DNA of 64,000 nucleotides from Octopus vulgaris (GCA_951406725.2 OX597814.1:75516001-75580000); one strand, 5' to 3'; counted from the first letter of the stretch, positions 1-15,000 are shown. The notes: a model not told the origin generated them from the letters alone. Numbers and translations: made by a program.

Positions 1-2908
1 CACTATTTTATAACCTGGCTGCATTCTAACTTGGGTACTATGAATGAATTGATAAAAAAATTGCCTAGACATCAATTTGTCAAACTCTATAACTAATTCC
101 ATCAGAGGTAGAAAGCTACAAATATTTGCAGAGGATATAGTCAGTGATAACAATCTTATTTTTTATCAATCCTGATGAGATGAAAGGCAACATCTATTCC
201 AGCAAGATTTCAAGTAGTGACGCAATGGTACATACCTAAATACTACAATCTCTTTTGCTCACTCCTTGATGATAATGCAAAAAATTTTGAACAAAGATTT
301 TTAAACCTAAAATATCTAATTTTTGTTGGTGATTTAGGTATGAATTTATTTATATATATATATATATATATATTGGTCTAATGTGTTGTTTTTTGTTTGA
401 AATGGAAAGAAAGGCAGAAAGACTGAAGCAAGAATGATTAATATTTTGTTTGAAGACACAATAGCTATAATTTATGATTTATCCCTCAAGGAATTGGAGT
501 GGATTAGTGCTTAGCTTTACAAAAGAAAGCATTATTGATACATTGTTACTGCAGTATCAAAAGCAACTTGCTTATGAAGTGAATTACACACTGTATGCTT
601 CTATTAAAAGAGAAAACCGTTAAATTTTCGTGAGGGTATTACAACATCTATATACATAATTAGTTGCAATTAAGGAAGTGTTAATAAACCGGAATTGTTG
701 ACTCCAGTACAGTGACATATGGACACACAGAATTAATTTCTAACAGTTTCTTTCTAACATAACAATTGGCTAAGTATTACTTGAATTATTCAAGAAATAT
801 GTTAAAATGTAAATTTTCTTCAAGAAATATAATGGCTTCTTAGTTTCATAACCATGTTAAATTAATGAGAATAACATTTCCAGTAAATTTTTGAAGATTG
901 CAAGGCAAGATATATTTCTACAAGATATAAGATCAAAGGAATTATTGTTATATTTAAACTTCTGCTTGTAATTAATTTCAGAATAAACTTTTCTCTGTAA
1001 CAGAAATTTACATTTGAGTTAGATTCATGATTAATGCACTGAGGATCATACCTGAAAATTGATTATCTGTTTGGTTTTGTTTTGTTTTTTTATCTATACA
1101 CTTACAACTGATGCATATAAATATATACAGATATGTTCACTAACGTTGTATTCAAATTCTTTGGTGGAGATGTGAATTCACACATGCTCATGCATACAAA
1201 TGTATAAAAGGACATAAAATTATGCAAACACACACTTTCAGGAAACACTCCTTCCTTCTTAAAACATTTGGAATATATATATTTATGTATGCAAGCATAA
1301 CAAAGTGTACATTAAAACAGAGGTAGTGGCAATATTTGGGACATACAACATATATCTATATCTAGACTTTTAACCCATGCTATCCCTGGTGGTCTTCTCC
1401 AGCTGCCCCTTTCATCTATTCAAATCATCCTATCTCTGTTGCATCCATTGCTATTCACTGTACCATGTCACTTGTGTAATAAGGGAAAACTGGATCTAGT
1501 GATACTCACACTACCATCCATATCTCTCAGTACTCTCTTCCACCCATCACATGATTGAGTAAATAAGAAAGTGCATTGTATGTTAGTATCTGATACTGTT
1601 CTCTTGAATTCATTACTCGCTCTCCCTCAATCTACTCTTTTACTGATATCCATTAGTCTCCTAACATTACCATCTTGATTTTGATAATTCCCTCTCTCAT
1701 GCCAGTTACTATTACCTTGCCATCACCTCTACTTCTTTAAGCGATTTACTAGGGACATGTAACAAACACTCTTACCGCCAACACTTTCAAATGACAACCC
1801 ATCACTCATCCTCTCCCTTACTAGGAAGTATGTAGCTGCCATTACACACACACACACACACACTCTCTCTCTCTCTCTCTTGTTTCTCCTAGCAACTTCA
1901 CTCGTGATGATGTAATAAAATGTGCGCAGTACAATCAGTAAAGTGATGAAATGAGCAGAAACAATGAAGGGCTAAGAAGAGCCTTCAGTTTAGTTTTGTC
2001 AAGGATATGAGGACCTATCTTGTGCAAGTAACAAAATAAAATGCACTCATTGCACTCTGTAAAGTGGTTGGTGTTAGGTCAAACCAGAACATACAAGTAT
2101 TGTGTTCCCCCACTCATCTAGAAATATCAAGTAGGAGCTGACCATGACAACTCCAATGCCAACACATATCTGTAGCGAAACCAGGCATAAAATGAGCATA
2201 AGGACGATAACAATGGTGGTGATAAATTGAAGTATAGATTTGGAATACAGTTTTACACATTTATTTATCTAAAGAAAATGTCAAGCCCAGGCTGAAATGT
2301 GAACGAGAAGAAAAAAAATCTACAAAATCAGTAAAGATCTGAAATTGTCCACATAGTAATTCAAATTTTTTCCTAAGCTTATAGGATATTAGCAACTTCA
2401 GTTTCCTAGATATGTTTACTCCTGTTTTACTAAAGAGAAGATACATGCTACCTGCTGCTCTTCCCTTCAGAACTTTTAGCTAAGTCACCTTAAGCATCTT
2501 TTTCTTTAATACTAAATGCCAGATGACATATTATCCATAATTACAAATTCTTGTTTCTAGGAAATTTTGTTTTGGGTTGCATTTGAAAATTTCTAAGTTT
2601 TGTTGTTATAAAACACAAGATGATGTAGTGTTTAAAGGATTTCTAAACTTTAAAAATAATTTGAGACAAAAATCAAAAACAAAAAAGAGGAAAAACAGTT
2701 ATTCAGGAGATTGAGCTGTGCTATTTTTGATGCTTTCATTGCTATATTTGCATCTGTTAGGCTAGTTTTCAACTTTTCCCCTCTAATAACAGCACCTCTA
2801 GGTTCCATTAGCCAGAGGCAGTTGTTACATGTTCACTGAAAAATTTTGTGTTAGACTTTTTTTAACTTGTTTTTAACTCGTACTTTCCATTTCATCCATC
2901 TCAATACT

Positions 2909-4598
2909 TTTAATCATCTGCATCATACTTGCACTAGAAAAAATAAATTTTGACTGATATATCATTAGTTTTTCTTATTGTAGTTATCTCCAAACTAATC
3001 CCTGGCATTCCAATTATAATTGTACTCTTTTTTCTTTAGCTATAATACATCTAGGACTACATTAGTCAATGTGTCCTTTTATTAAAAAAAAAAATGTTTG
3101 AGGCAGATTTCTGGAAAGTTAAGTGATCACATGAGGCTCTTTCATTGGTTCAAGTATACCATAAGTACTTAATTACAACAGAGTCTGAAAGATATATTTG
3201 ACTGAGAAGTGTTATAGAAAGTTGTTGTTCATAAGTGAGAGAGATATGAATTTATTTATGTTGCCAAGCAAAATTACAGTTCTGGCAGATACTGGTGTCA
3301 TGCAAATGGCACCCATTATACTCTCAGAGTGGTTAGCGTTAGGAAGGGCATCCAGCCATAGAAAACCATGCCAAATCAGACTGGATCCTGGTGCAGCCTT
3401 CCAGTGTGCCAGCTCAGTCAAACCATCCAACCCATGCCAGCATGGACAACAGACATTAAATAATGATGATGAAACTTAACACATTGCTTTTGCTTTTATG
3501 AACCACTGCATCTAATATCAAACATCAACTTCAGAAAAGTTGTTATTCATTTAAGCTCTTCTTTTCATCCATTCCTGATTTTTTGCTATCTCATCAATTA
3601 CAGATTGGATTGCAACTCTATTTTTAAGCTATTTTAGTTGAGGCAAACTCAATAGTTTTCTTAAATAAATAAAAGGAACATTAAACCCACTTCATTTCTT
3701 TCCAAATGTTTTTCTTTTTTTCTTTTATTACTTAACTTTAAATCTTACAATATAAATTTCTTTCTTCCAAACAAATGCTGAAATATTGCTAAGTAACTTC
3801 TTCACAAACACCACACATCATAAAACTTTTTTGATTTCATGAAGGGGCAGGAAGCAGTCAATTGCTTCAAAATTGATATATATATTTCATTTAACAAACA
3901 AATCAGTTTGGATTGACTACCATGTGTTCAAAACACAGCAAAATTGTTTATTTCCTACTGAAACCTAATGTCAAAATATATTGCATATTAATCAAGTAAA
4001 TGTTTTCACGTAACTGATACTTATCACTATCATCATCATTTAACGTCTGTTGTCCATGCTGGCATGGGTTGGACAGTTTGACTGAGCTGGCACACTGGAA
4101 GACTGCACCAGCATCCAGTCTGATTTGGCATGGTCTTCTACGACTGGATGCCCTTCCAAACACCAACCACCCTGAGAGTGTAATGGGTACTTTTACATGC
4201 CACTAGCACGGGTGCCATTTGCATGACACTGGTATTTGCCACAAGTGCGATTTTGCTCAGCAATATAAATAAATTCATATCTCTCTTGCTTATGAACAAC
4301 AACTCTCTATTAAACTTCTAAGTCAAATATACCTTTCAGGTTCTGTTGTAATTAAGTACATATAGCATGCTTGAGCCAACTAGACTTTCCACAAATCTGC
4401 CTCAAACATTTTTTTATATAAAAGGACACATTGACTAATATAGTCCTAGATGTATTATAGCTAAAGAAAAAACAGGATGGTTATAATTGAAATGCCAGGG
4501 ATTAGTTTGGAGATAACTAATAACTACAACAACAAAAACTAATGGTGTATCAGTCAAAATTTATATTTTCTAATGCAAGTATGATGCAGATGACTAAA
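2909..4598. repeat. Long diverged inverted repeat (arms ~2909-3472 and ~4028-4598, spacer ~555 bp)
   Basis: Left arm taatcatctgcatcatacttgcactagaaaaaataaattttgactgat...ccatgccagcatggacaacagacattaaa aligns along its length with the reverse complement of 4028-4598 (tttaacgtctgttgtccatgctggcatgg...tcagtcaaaatttatattttctaatgcaagtatgatgcagatgacta), with scattered substitutions and small indels. Confidence 0.9.
3285..3472 (+). mobile_element. RTE-tail SINE or 3'-terminal RTE fragment; related copies at ~2040-2210(+), 4028-4260(-), 27040-27235(+), 45975-46230(-), 53945-54050(+), 54335-54535(-)
   Basis: gagtggttagcgttaggaagggcatccag...ccatgccagcatgga...ttaaataatgatgatg matches the 3' terminus of the RTE LINE at 52180-52338 in this window. 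Confidence 0.8.
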
Positions 4599-7500
4599 TT
4601 TACAGCATCTTGTGGATCAAATACTTTACTGTAAGTTTTTACTTCAGTATCTGACTCCTACAATTCAATGTTGCTCTCAGTGTTCAAGGATTAATAAAAT
4701 ATACCAGTAATATACTGAGATAATTCAATTGACTAATATTTACCTGAAGAAAAAATATTATTGCTAGTTAAATAAATAAATAAATATTTCCTTACAAAAC
4801 ATATCTCTTAAATATATATATATATTCACAGTCAGAATTAGAAGCAAGTAGTAGACAGAAAGAACACTTGAATATCCTAGATACTGGCTATGATTCATGA
4901 CAAAGAATATGATTAGCAATATAGTTACAAAGTATCATTAGTAATATAACTATTGTTATTTTTTCTTTATTGATTTCAACAAATCATATTTATTATTTTT
5001 TAAGAAATTAAAAAAATCTCAGTTTAAAATTGGCAGCATTCTGTAATCTGTTACTATAAATTTTATAGTATTCAAGATTACAAACATAGATTTTAGTTGG
5101 TTTTTAATACCTAAATTTTTCATCAGAACCTAATTATTAATTAAGAAAAAGAATACTAGTTAGTTTTCAAAAAAAGAAAAAGTTTCATATTATAAAAATA
5201 ACCTCTTTTTATTAAGTTTACAGAGTAAAAGGGGCCAAAGAAAAGATAAAAAAGACTATACATATGGCAATGCATGAGTATTTGAGACCAACTAGAATTC
5301 TAAATTCTTGCTTTCAGTCTCCTGTGTGTTAGAATAAAATAAAATTGACAATGTATAGTGATACTATGAAGGATTTATGCGACATTTTAGTATTAAAAAT
5401 GTAACCTAAGTAATGACTTCTGGTTTAGGAAACAATTTTTAATGAGCTAGTAGTCAAATACCATCAACTCCAGGAATTATCTGGAACTATATTTTACTAA
5501 CCTCAGAGAGATGAAAAGCAATGTTAGTTTCAATAAGATTTGAGCTCAGAACGTAAGGAGCTGAATAAGTGCCACATTTTTTTTTTTAACACTCAACCAA
5601 TCCTGCAGGCTTGCCACCTTAAAGGCAACCACATAGAGTTATGAGCTAGCTCTAGCAAGTTGCTATCAAAAGCCTTTTTAAAGATCACTTATGTTATGAA
5701 CTTTAACCACTCCCATCCAAAGGTAACTTTAAAAAATTAATAGAGGGGAGTGTTCAAGGACTCAACATAAGTAATTTGTTAAAAAGTCTTTTAACATCAA
5801 CTGAGCCAGCTCTTGATTCTATAATATAAAACTGTCTTTCTTAAAAGTATTCATATTCAAATTTAAACTTTTAATCACAATTTTAAGAACCTCTTTGTTA
5901 AGCTATATCTCAATGTTAAGCTATATTAATGATGATTAAGTTATTGTACTAAATACAACAAAATTATTGGTCTTTTTTTATGTTATTTTTTTTCTTTTCT
6001 TTTTCCATTAAATAAAACATACAGGCAGTGTATATAATTAGAAATACAGTCACAAAAAGCTAAGAAAAATTTGTGCTAATCTTGAGAAAATTTCTACTAT
6101 TATTATTTGAAAAAATCCACAAATTTTAAATGTTTTCACTTCTAAATATTTTCTTCAGAAACTAAAATAGTGGTAAGTTAGAACATAAAGATTTACATAT
6201 TCATTTCTCAAAATTTAGTGAACAAAACTATGCCAACAAGTTGATATTTAAAGTCAATGGATTGGTCACCATTTAGAAATCTGCTTCATATGACAGAAAT
6301 AATCACTGTAATTTCAAACAATGAAGTTACAAGCAAATCATAACCTGCAAGATCATTACAAGAGCTATGTTTCTCTGTCCTCCCATCATATGCTTTCCTC
6401 TGATTATGATGAATTTTGAGAAACCTAATTCAATTCATACACAATAGATTTTTCAACCATGTAAGACTAGTCATTTTGCAGAAAGCTTCAGCAAGTAAAA
6501 CTGTTAATTCTACCCTACCTGTAAGCTGCATATGTTATTTTTCACTTGACTATCTATTAATAAACAATAACTATGAATTTTTTTTAAAATGTCATGGAAA
6601 CATTCCTTATTGTAAATAAAATTAATTCACCAAAAGTTATTATTGCTCATGTATGAGGAAATTTTGGTAAAGATATTTCACTGAAAGTGCATTAATATTA
6701 TGGACAAATTATTAAAAACAAAATCCCTTTGACATTAATCTGTCACACATACAGGTATTTACAAATGAGTGAGCTTTTATATGGTTATTCAAACGCACAG
6801 AAATAGCAACAATGATACCTTCAAATCAACCATAAAGAAATATAATAATGAAAATAGAACCCGGACTATGAATATTGCTTATGGAGAAGTTGTCAAAGTA
6901 AATATGAATATTGTCCAAATACATACTGAGTTTGCAAAAAAATGAAAAACATTTTTTAAATAAATGACTTAAGTGAAACAATATTAAAAAATTACTTATT
7001 AAACCATCTCTAAAAAAGATAAATTTCAGTAATTTACCAAATTAAAAATACTTAATATCTATTTTTCTGAAAATGAAACTAGAAGTTAATATATTAAAAT
7101 TAATGTTTTAAATGGACAAACAATTTAAATATAAAACTTTACCATCACATCAATGATCACTGAAGTAGTAGAATAAAGAAAAATAAAATGCACCAAAGAG
7201 TGGGGCAGCTAAGGAGCAGTTTAACACTGAATATTTAAACAGATATTAACTGAGTCCTGAATTTCAAATATGACTAATTGACATGTATCTAATTTAAACA
7301 GAGATGGAGAGTCAAATTATATCAATAAGAGTTTCAGATGAGCAACAAAAATATTTATATCTCAAGAAATAAACATAAAACAAATATAACAAATGCTCTT
7401 AAATAAAATATATCTTAAATTAAATATATCAAATATATCAGGTACTCTTAAGTAGATTAAAAATAATGGCTCTTCTACAAATAAATTGATTCAGCCTCAA

Positions 7501-9740
7501 TATTCAGTCTCAGATCAAGTTATTTGCCAAATAATTACAACTCTAAAAATTTGAGAACCAAGCTGCAAAATCTTGTGTGTGTTATTGCATGTGGCTTCAA
7601 AAAGATAACCTTACAACAACTCCACTTTGTAAAATGCTGCATCTCACACAAGTTTTGTGCTGAGAAAATTTCACATAACTGTGAGAGCGCAAACTTGAAG
7701 AAAAGATAGGTTTCTAAAGTATAGCACACCTTGCTGATTAACCCCAAATCCATCATAAACAGAAATATTATAACACTAGTGTAGTCATGATTGTAGCAAG
7801 AACCAATTATTTGAATAGAAACTGGACTAAAACACGTCTAAAATGAATGATGGAAGGCAAAACATGATTAGTATGAAAACAAGTTATATAGACTCTTTAG
7901 CATCTTTATCCAGGTTCAGTTAAGTGTTGTTAACATGCCAAACACATAAGAAAAAGAAGTGCGGGTGGGCAAGATTTAATGAATTTGGTAAAGTTAATGG
8001 GGTAATATTGTTGCAAAGTGTACAGCTGAGAAATAATGAATGGTTATATTACAAAAACAAATGGCAGAAACTCAAGAGTTATGACCAACATTATACCTAA
8101 AGTATAAAACAGAAAAAACTGAATGAAATCTTGTAATCAAATTTTTGGAAGAGAATGAAAATTAGTTACTGATTATATAACATTCCTAAAACAGAGGAAG
8201 CAATGAGATTTTAGGAAAATGTCCATACAATGTCAGAAATGTAATGGATGGGTAAGCAAAATATAAATTCTCAAATACTTTGAGTAGAATATTTTCTGAG
8301 CGTATCAAATGAAAATTAGTTCTTTGGTAATTAGTGGTACAAGTGACACAACTGGAAAGAGCATTGTATTAATAGTTTACTAAGGAATAGTAGAGACCTA
8401 TGACTACTCAGTCATCTTAATGCTAGTAATTCTAAGTGCAGTAATTTAGACATTCAGTTTTTATTTGGTATATTTTTATACAGGAAAAATATGATTTGAT
8501 TTCCATCAGCAAATATGAAACTAGGTGACCACATCACTATGCTAAGCATTAGTAGGATAACCTATCTTCTTAGACTAAGTGGCTGATAAATTATATAGTG
8601 GAGAAACAACAGTTAATATCTAATCTGAGAAGATAGATTGGCATAAACACTATAGTATAATCAGTAATATGATCATCTGAGGACTGGATAATGATTTGAG
8701 TTCTCTTAATGGGCCTGTTGCTGTTTTCTATCTCAAACATTAGCTTTTTTAATCCTTTAGTAACTTTTAGAGCTTCTTAACTATTCAATTATTGCATTCT
8801 AATATGTACAAACATTCACAAGTATAAAGTGCTAAAAGTAAATAAAGTGCAGTCAGCTATTGAGCAAAACCCAGTTATAAATCCTGTTGGCATTCACTTC
8901 AATATATTTACACCAATAATAACCCTGGGAGATTTATGAACATCACAACAACTTATTTCATAACTCACCTAAATCAAAAATGTTTATGCCTACGAAAGAA
9001 ATCAATATTTTCTACCTGGTTCATCTATGACCTGGAAAGTGTAACAACCTAGTGAAATAAATTACAAGCTGAATGTTTAGCATATTAGATAGCAAGTTCA
9101 CATACGTTGTGCACTGCGTTTGTAGAGAGCATTTACAGTTTGCAATTCACTCTACCTATCTGAAAAATACCTTCTGTGATTTTAGATTTAAATACTTATA
9201 TTTCTATTGTTTTTTTCTCTCTCCTTTTTTTTACAGTTAAATGTCCTTTTAACATTCACTTCAAAATTGCATTTCTTGAGCTTACTTGTTGGCCAATCCT
9301 ACTTTGCATAACAAGTAATTTACAAAAAAATTAATAAAGTAAGTTTAATTTTGAACCTTATTTAATCAAAATAATTATGAATATTTGGAACACTGAGATC
9401 AATGATAACAGGTTTCTATCTGGTAGAGAATGTAGGGCATTGATGTAATATAAAATAAAAGTGCTAAGTTTAAGCACTATTTTGATTTGTGAGAGGATCT
9501 GAGAAGTATTTAAATCAAAATCATTCATCATAAAGTGGAAATGAACACAGTATTGAAAATTCTAGGGAGATGAGATATTAAAAAGAAAAAGTATTTTCAT
9601 TTATATGATTTTTTAAAAAATATATCAATGGAATAGTTGTGGAATTTAGTACAATATGAAAATTAACAAGTTCAGCTAAATCAAGACCAAGGGTTTCTCT
9701 TTAAAACTCTAAAAAAGACCACTCCACCCAGTATATTTAA

Positions 9741-9953
9741 CCCTTTAACATTAATTCAGCCATATCCGGCCAAAAGATTCTACTCGTTTTATGCTCAAAC
9801 AGATCTGGCCTCTCACACCAACCACACAATATCATTCAAAAATTAACAGTTACCTCATCAAAATCTCAAAGCTACAAGATAATGTATGCTTAATTTAAAA
9901 CAATGTGAATGCATAAGCAATACCTTTGAGAGGCTAATGTGAATGTTAAAGGG
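9741..9953. mobile_element. piggyBac-type MITE; degraded relatives at 15333-15535, ~22985-23040, ~23690-23785, ~24720-24920
   Basis: TTAA on both sides (9737-9740, 9954-9957); 12-bp TIR ccctttaacatt / aatgttaaaggg; no coding capacity. Confidence 0.8.
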
Positions 9954-10726
9954 TTAAATGATACTTAATAAGAAACCCCTCATACATAGTCCATGTGTGT
10001 TCACACAAAGGTACACCTGCTCAAGCAAGTACATACTCTTGGCATATATAGACAGAAACAGGTGTGTGTACACACACACACCACCACTCACCCTCTACTC
10101 GAAAGGAAAGAGAATGAAAAGGTTAAATATTTTAGTACAATCTGGATAATGACAATCAAGCACTGTTTTCTGTAAACAGATGTAGTTAAATACATTCATC
10201 CAACTAAGTGCACAGCTATTTACATTTATACATCCCTTATCAACATATATTTTAATTAATATGTAACAACTACTATTATTATTTGTATTAATTGTCAACA
10301 AAGGAAAACTCGTGCAGAGATTTTGTTTTACCTTTATTTTAAAATAATAATTATTCTAAATAAATCATAAGGTCAAACACTAAAATCTACAGGAAAATAA
10401 AGATTTCATTATACAAAATAGGGATGGCCAACAAATAAAAGCTCAAATAATGCAATCTTGAAATGAGCAATAAAAGGGCCTTTCAACTGTAAAAAAATTG
10501 CAATATTTAATACTAAAACATGGTAAATGTTTTATTAAATGCTTGATTTGGTATTCAAGGAGTGAACTGACAGGATATTACATCTAATTCTTCTTAATTC
10601 AATTCCATTAAGCATTTAAGTGAAATCATTTTGATAACTTAAGTTGTTCAGATATTCAAAGCCTGTTGCTGAAATTCTGTTGCACCCTAAGGCGAGATTT
10701 CTAGCTCAAGCTACCTTGAGGTAGTA

Positions 10727-11820
10727 CAGGGTGGGGAAGCAAAACTTGCAAAATTGCTGTAACATTTGAAACTCTCTCATTGTGCATCAATAGGTTTAGT
10801 AATTCAAAAAGAGGTTAATAACATTTATATACAATTACAAAACGAATAATTTATTCTATGCAGCTTCCATTGTTTGCAATTACAGTTTCCACACAGCCCC
10901 AGAACCCCGCACAATTCTTCACCACAAAGTCACTGGACATCCTGGCCCACTCCTCATTGATGGCAGCCTTCAGAGAGTTGATGTTGGGGTAGGAGGTTTT
11001 GTTGGTGACATGCTCGAAAATACCCCATGCAGCATAGTCCAGAAGATTGAGATCTGGGCTGGAAGAAGGCCAGAAGTTTGCAGACCAGAAAGCAGCAAAG
11101 CTGGATTTGCAGAAATTCTGTACCTTCTTGGCAGCATGGCTGGGAGCACCATCCTGGGCACACACATAGTTGCCCTCTGGATAGTTGACTTTGAGCCATG
11201 ACAAGAAATGGTACCTTAGCATCTTGTAGCAAGTGTCAGCACCCACCTTTTCTCCAGGCTTAGTAGAAGTAGATGGACAGCTTTCTTCCATCAGAGGCCA
11301 CAACACCGAAGGCCAGGACCTGGGCTGGATGTTTTGTTCTGAAGGTGCCCCTAATGTCAGCTGTTGACTCTAAGTCATCATTCACAGTTGTCCTGATGGC
11401 TTTGGGGTCCACTTCAAGTTCAAAAGCTAACTTCCTTATGGATGTGGTTGCGTCTATTGAAATTTTGAACTTGAGGGTGTTGATGAAGTCTCAGTTCCAT
11501 TTCTTGTTGGCCCCACTGCTGCCAGACTTCCTCTGAAAGCTATTGTTCATGTCCATTCTCTTCTTGGTGTAATAAACTGTGCGTAAGGATACTCTGACTA
11601 TGTTTGAGATCCCCTGCACATCGACTTATGCACAAACCAAATCATATACTCTTTGTCTTCCTGTACAGTCATATTCTCCAATATTTCTGCAAAAAAAATG
11701 AGTTTATTATTTAGCTGACAATGTAGTCTTCATTCTTCATTAGGTTTCATATCATCTGGTGTAGAGGTTGCTGTGAAACATTAGCATAACTTTTAATGCA
11801 AATTTTGCTTTCCCACCCTG
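10727..11820 (-). mobile_element. Tc1/mariner superfamily, maT (DD37D) transposon, defective
   Basis: TA flanks; ~24-bp TIRs cagggtggggaagcaaaacttgca / tgcaaattttgctttcccaccctg. ORF 10851-11306(-) has QDGAPSH...WPSSSPDLNLLDY with 37 residues between the catalytic Ds. Confidence 0.9.
10851..11306 (-). pseudogene. maT transposase, C-terminal DDD-domain remnant (N-terminal part disrupted)
   Basis: Motifs QDGAPSH and WPSSSPDLNLLDY.W; no continuous ORF upstream. Confidence 0.85.
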
Positions 11821-13017
11821 TACAATGGTAGAATGAAATGCATAGGTTATATACACTGACTTCACAGTAGTCATCTGCTAATATTCCTTTATATTCTGAT
11901 TTGAAATGCCAACAAGATTAACTTTACCTTCTATAAATTCTGGGGTACATAGAATAAGCAATAGTAAAGTACTGACATTAATATAATCAACAATAACCAT
12001 CAGTTTATTATCCTGTTTGCTTTCAATATATCACTGAAAGCACAAAGTATTAGAATATGTTGAAGCTTATATCTAAGTTGAGAAACATCATGTCCTAGAA
12101 AGGAAACCAGTATATTCCAGAGTTTGTTTAGAAATTAAATAAGTTCATACCAGTAAGCTAACCAAACAAAATATCAAACAATATGACTCCTTTACCAGTA
12201 CTTATAGTGGGGGATTGTACTTCTTGCTGGGATAAACAGGCATTTCAGTTGAATATTTTAGTCAAGGACGTATGCCATGTTACTAATCATATAAAAATGG
12301 TCACTCTTATTGCCAGAAGACCAACAATATTTTTAGCTAACAAGGGCTTTATTCATGAAAATATCAAAAATTGCAGACCATAACATTTTATCAGATGTAA
12401 AATAATCAGGAAAATTATTTTCCTTGTCTTTTTCAGTAGTGATTTAAATATTTATGTGCAAAGTTGGTTAGTTACATAATTAGTAAACGTGGCTCTGAAA
12501 ATGATGGCATGGCAACAGGCAACAGTCAGCTGAACACTTGATAAAGATCTATTGAAAGAGCTTCATATGGCAAATTTCATAGTAATAGTGGTGCTTTATT
12601 ATCATTTAGATTAGCTTTCAAGCCATTGCTATCTTATATTTGATTTGATTTCTAAGAGACTGAACACAGAAAATGTCATTCTAGCATCTCCTATGTGTAT
12701 AACTCTTGGTTTCTCTACTGATGAAAGTACAGGAAAAAGTATTAATTACTGTGAGTTCTGAGTTCAAACCTTTCAACAAACATTTGGTTCATATTCAAAC
12801 CATGATAAATAATTCAGGTCCCCACAGTAAGATAGGTTGACCATAGATTCCACTCCTATTTCATAGTTAATGGTCGATTAATTAGCAGCTGGAATGGCAC
12901 ACAACTGTAAAAGCTAATGAACTTTATCTATGCAAATGCCTATGTTAAAACCAAAATTCATCCTTCCTGCCTATATCATGGTGGGGAAAAACAAGAAATT
13001 TATGTAAAATGAATATA

Positions 13018-15000
13018 CCGTATTTGACGGCATATAAGACGCACTTTTTTCCAAAAAATTTGGCTCAAAAAATCGCCCTGCGTCTAATATGCGAAGTCAA
13101 GACCCTCCCGTAGGCTAATCTTCTCCCAGACGCTCACTAACCTAGCTTACGATAAGTATTTCTACCTACGCTAACGCCTTAATGATATTTTCCGTACTCA
13201 TGCATCATTATTTTATTGCTAGTATTATTATTATTATTATTACCAGTATTATTACTTTAAAATACGAATTATCATAAAAATTAAAGCAATCTACCGTAAA
13301 TTGTTAGGCTGCGATCCATGACACATGTTTACTAATATCAGCTGATCGGAACCCTAACTCGATGCCATCTGACGGTGAGGAGTAAAACTACGGAATGCAC
13401 ATGATCATTGTGAGTTCGTGTATATACGGAGGTAGGTTGGATATCTTGGTACAACAAAGTTTATGATCATAACAAAACACACTACAACAGTACAAGCACC
13501 CTCACGGCTATGGCAGCAAAAAGATCAAGCTACAAAATCTCCTACAAGCTACGAGTGGTAGATTATGCCAAGGAGCATGGAAATAGAGCAGCAGCAAGGG
13601 TTTTTGGGCCACCACCTACAGAAATATTGATACGTGTCTGGCGACAGCAAGAAGAGCAGCTGATGAGAGCACAGAAAGGTAAACATAACCTTCGTTGCCC
13701 AGCCCCACATTGGCCAGAACTTGAGGATGATATAAAAACGTGGGTGCTTGATGAGAGAAACTCAGGGAGAAGTGTATCTACCAAAATGATAATTCACGAG
13801 GCCATGAGAGTAGCAGAACAACGAGGGATACAGAACTTTGCAGGAACAGAAGGTTGGTGTTACAGGTTTATGAAACGGAAGGGTTTATCAATGCGTACAA
13901 AAACATCCATTGCACAAAAAATGCCTGCTGATTATGAAGAAAAAATATTAGATTTTCATAGATTTGTTATAAATGCAAGAAAGAAAACTTGTTTTGAACT
14001 GGGCCAAATAGGGAATATGGACGAAGTTCCACTCACATTTGATGTACCATCCAACAGGACTGTGAGTGTCAAAGGGTCTAAAACGGTTTCGATAAAAACC
14101 ACTGGCCACGAAAAGACCCACTATACAGTAGCTCTGGCCTGTTGTGCTGATGGCATAAAACTGCCACCTCTTTTGATATTTAAGAGAAAAACTCAGCCTA
14201 AGGATAAAATTCCAAGAGGTGTACTAGTTCATGTTCACGAAAAAGGCTGGATGGACGAAAATGGAATGAAACTGTGGTTACAAAATATATGGTCATGGCG
14301 TCCTGGTGGACTATTAAGAAAACCTTCTCTTCTGGTTTGGGATCAGTTTAGAGCACATAGAACTGAAGCAATTAAAAAAAGGGTGGGAGAATTGAAAACG
14401 CAGTTAGCTGTCATTCCTGGTGGACTGACGATCCAATTGCAGCCTTTAGATGTGTCTGTGAATAAGCCATTTAAGCAGAACATGCGTGAACATTGGAACA
14501 AGTGGATGGCAGAGCCACATCATGCCCTCACACCTCACAGGAAGAATGAAGCGGCCCACCATTGCTGAAGTGTGTGAGTGGCTGAAGAAATCTTGGGATG
14601 ATGTTAGGCCTGAAATCATTGTGAAGGCTTTTAAGAAGTGTGGCATTAGCAATGCCCTTGATGGCACAGAAGATGATGCATTATTTGAAGACCTTGATTT
14701 CAGCAGTAGTGATGAAGATGTTCCTTGTTTTGAAGATGATGAAGACTTTTCTGGTGTAGAAGATGATGAAGAGTTTTCTGGTTAAAAAGATGATTAAAGA
14801 TGATTACTATTGTAATTTGTATGCTTTCCTTTTGTATGCTTGCTTTTATACAGCAATGTTTTCTGCTTTTGTAATGAGCTGCTAGACTACTTTCAACAAT
14901 ATATGCTTAAATACACTTAAAACTTTTTTTCCTGAATTTGACCTGCTGAAATGAGGGTGCGTCTAATATGCCAGTGTGTCTAATATGCCGTCAAATATGG
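13018..15000 (+). mobile_element. Full-length pogo-family (Passer/POGK-like, DD35D) DNA transposon
   Basis: TA TSD at 13016-17 and 15001-02. TIR ccgtatttgacggcatataagacgcac versus right-end reverse complement ccatatttgacggcatattagacacac. Subterminal repeats of gtctaatatgc; internal transposase. Confidence 0.95.
13510..14785 (+). pseudogene. pogo transposase (Brinker-like DBD, CENP-B HTH, DDE_1) with one frameshift near 14537
   Basis: GWCYRFMKR, IGNMDEVP, LVWDQFRAH...LQPLDVSVN (D35D). Reading continues in the next frame as TGRMKRPTIAEVCEWLKKSW...FKKCGIS plus an acidic tail. Confidence 0.92.
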
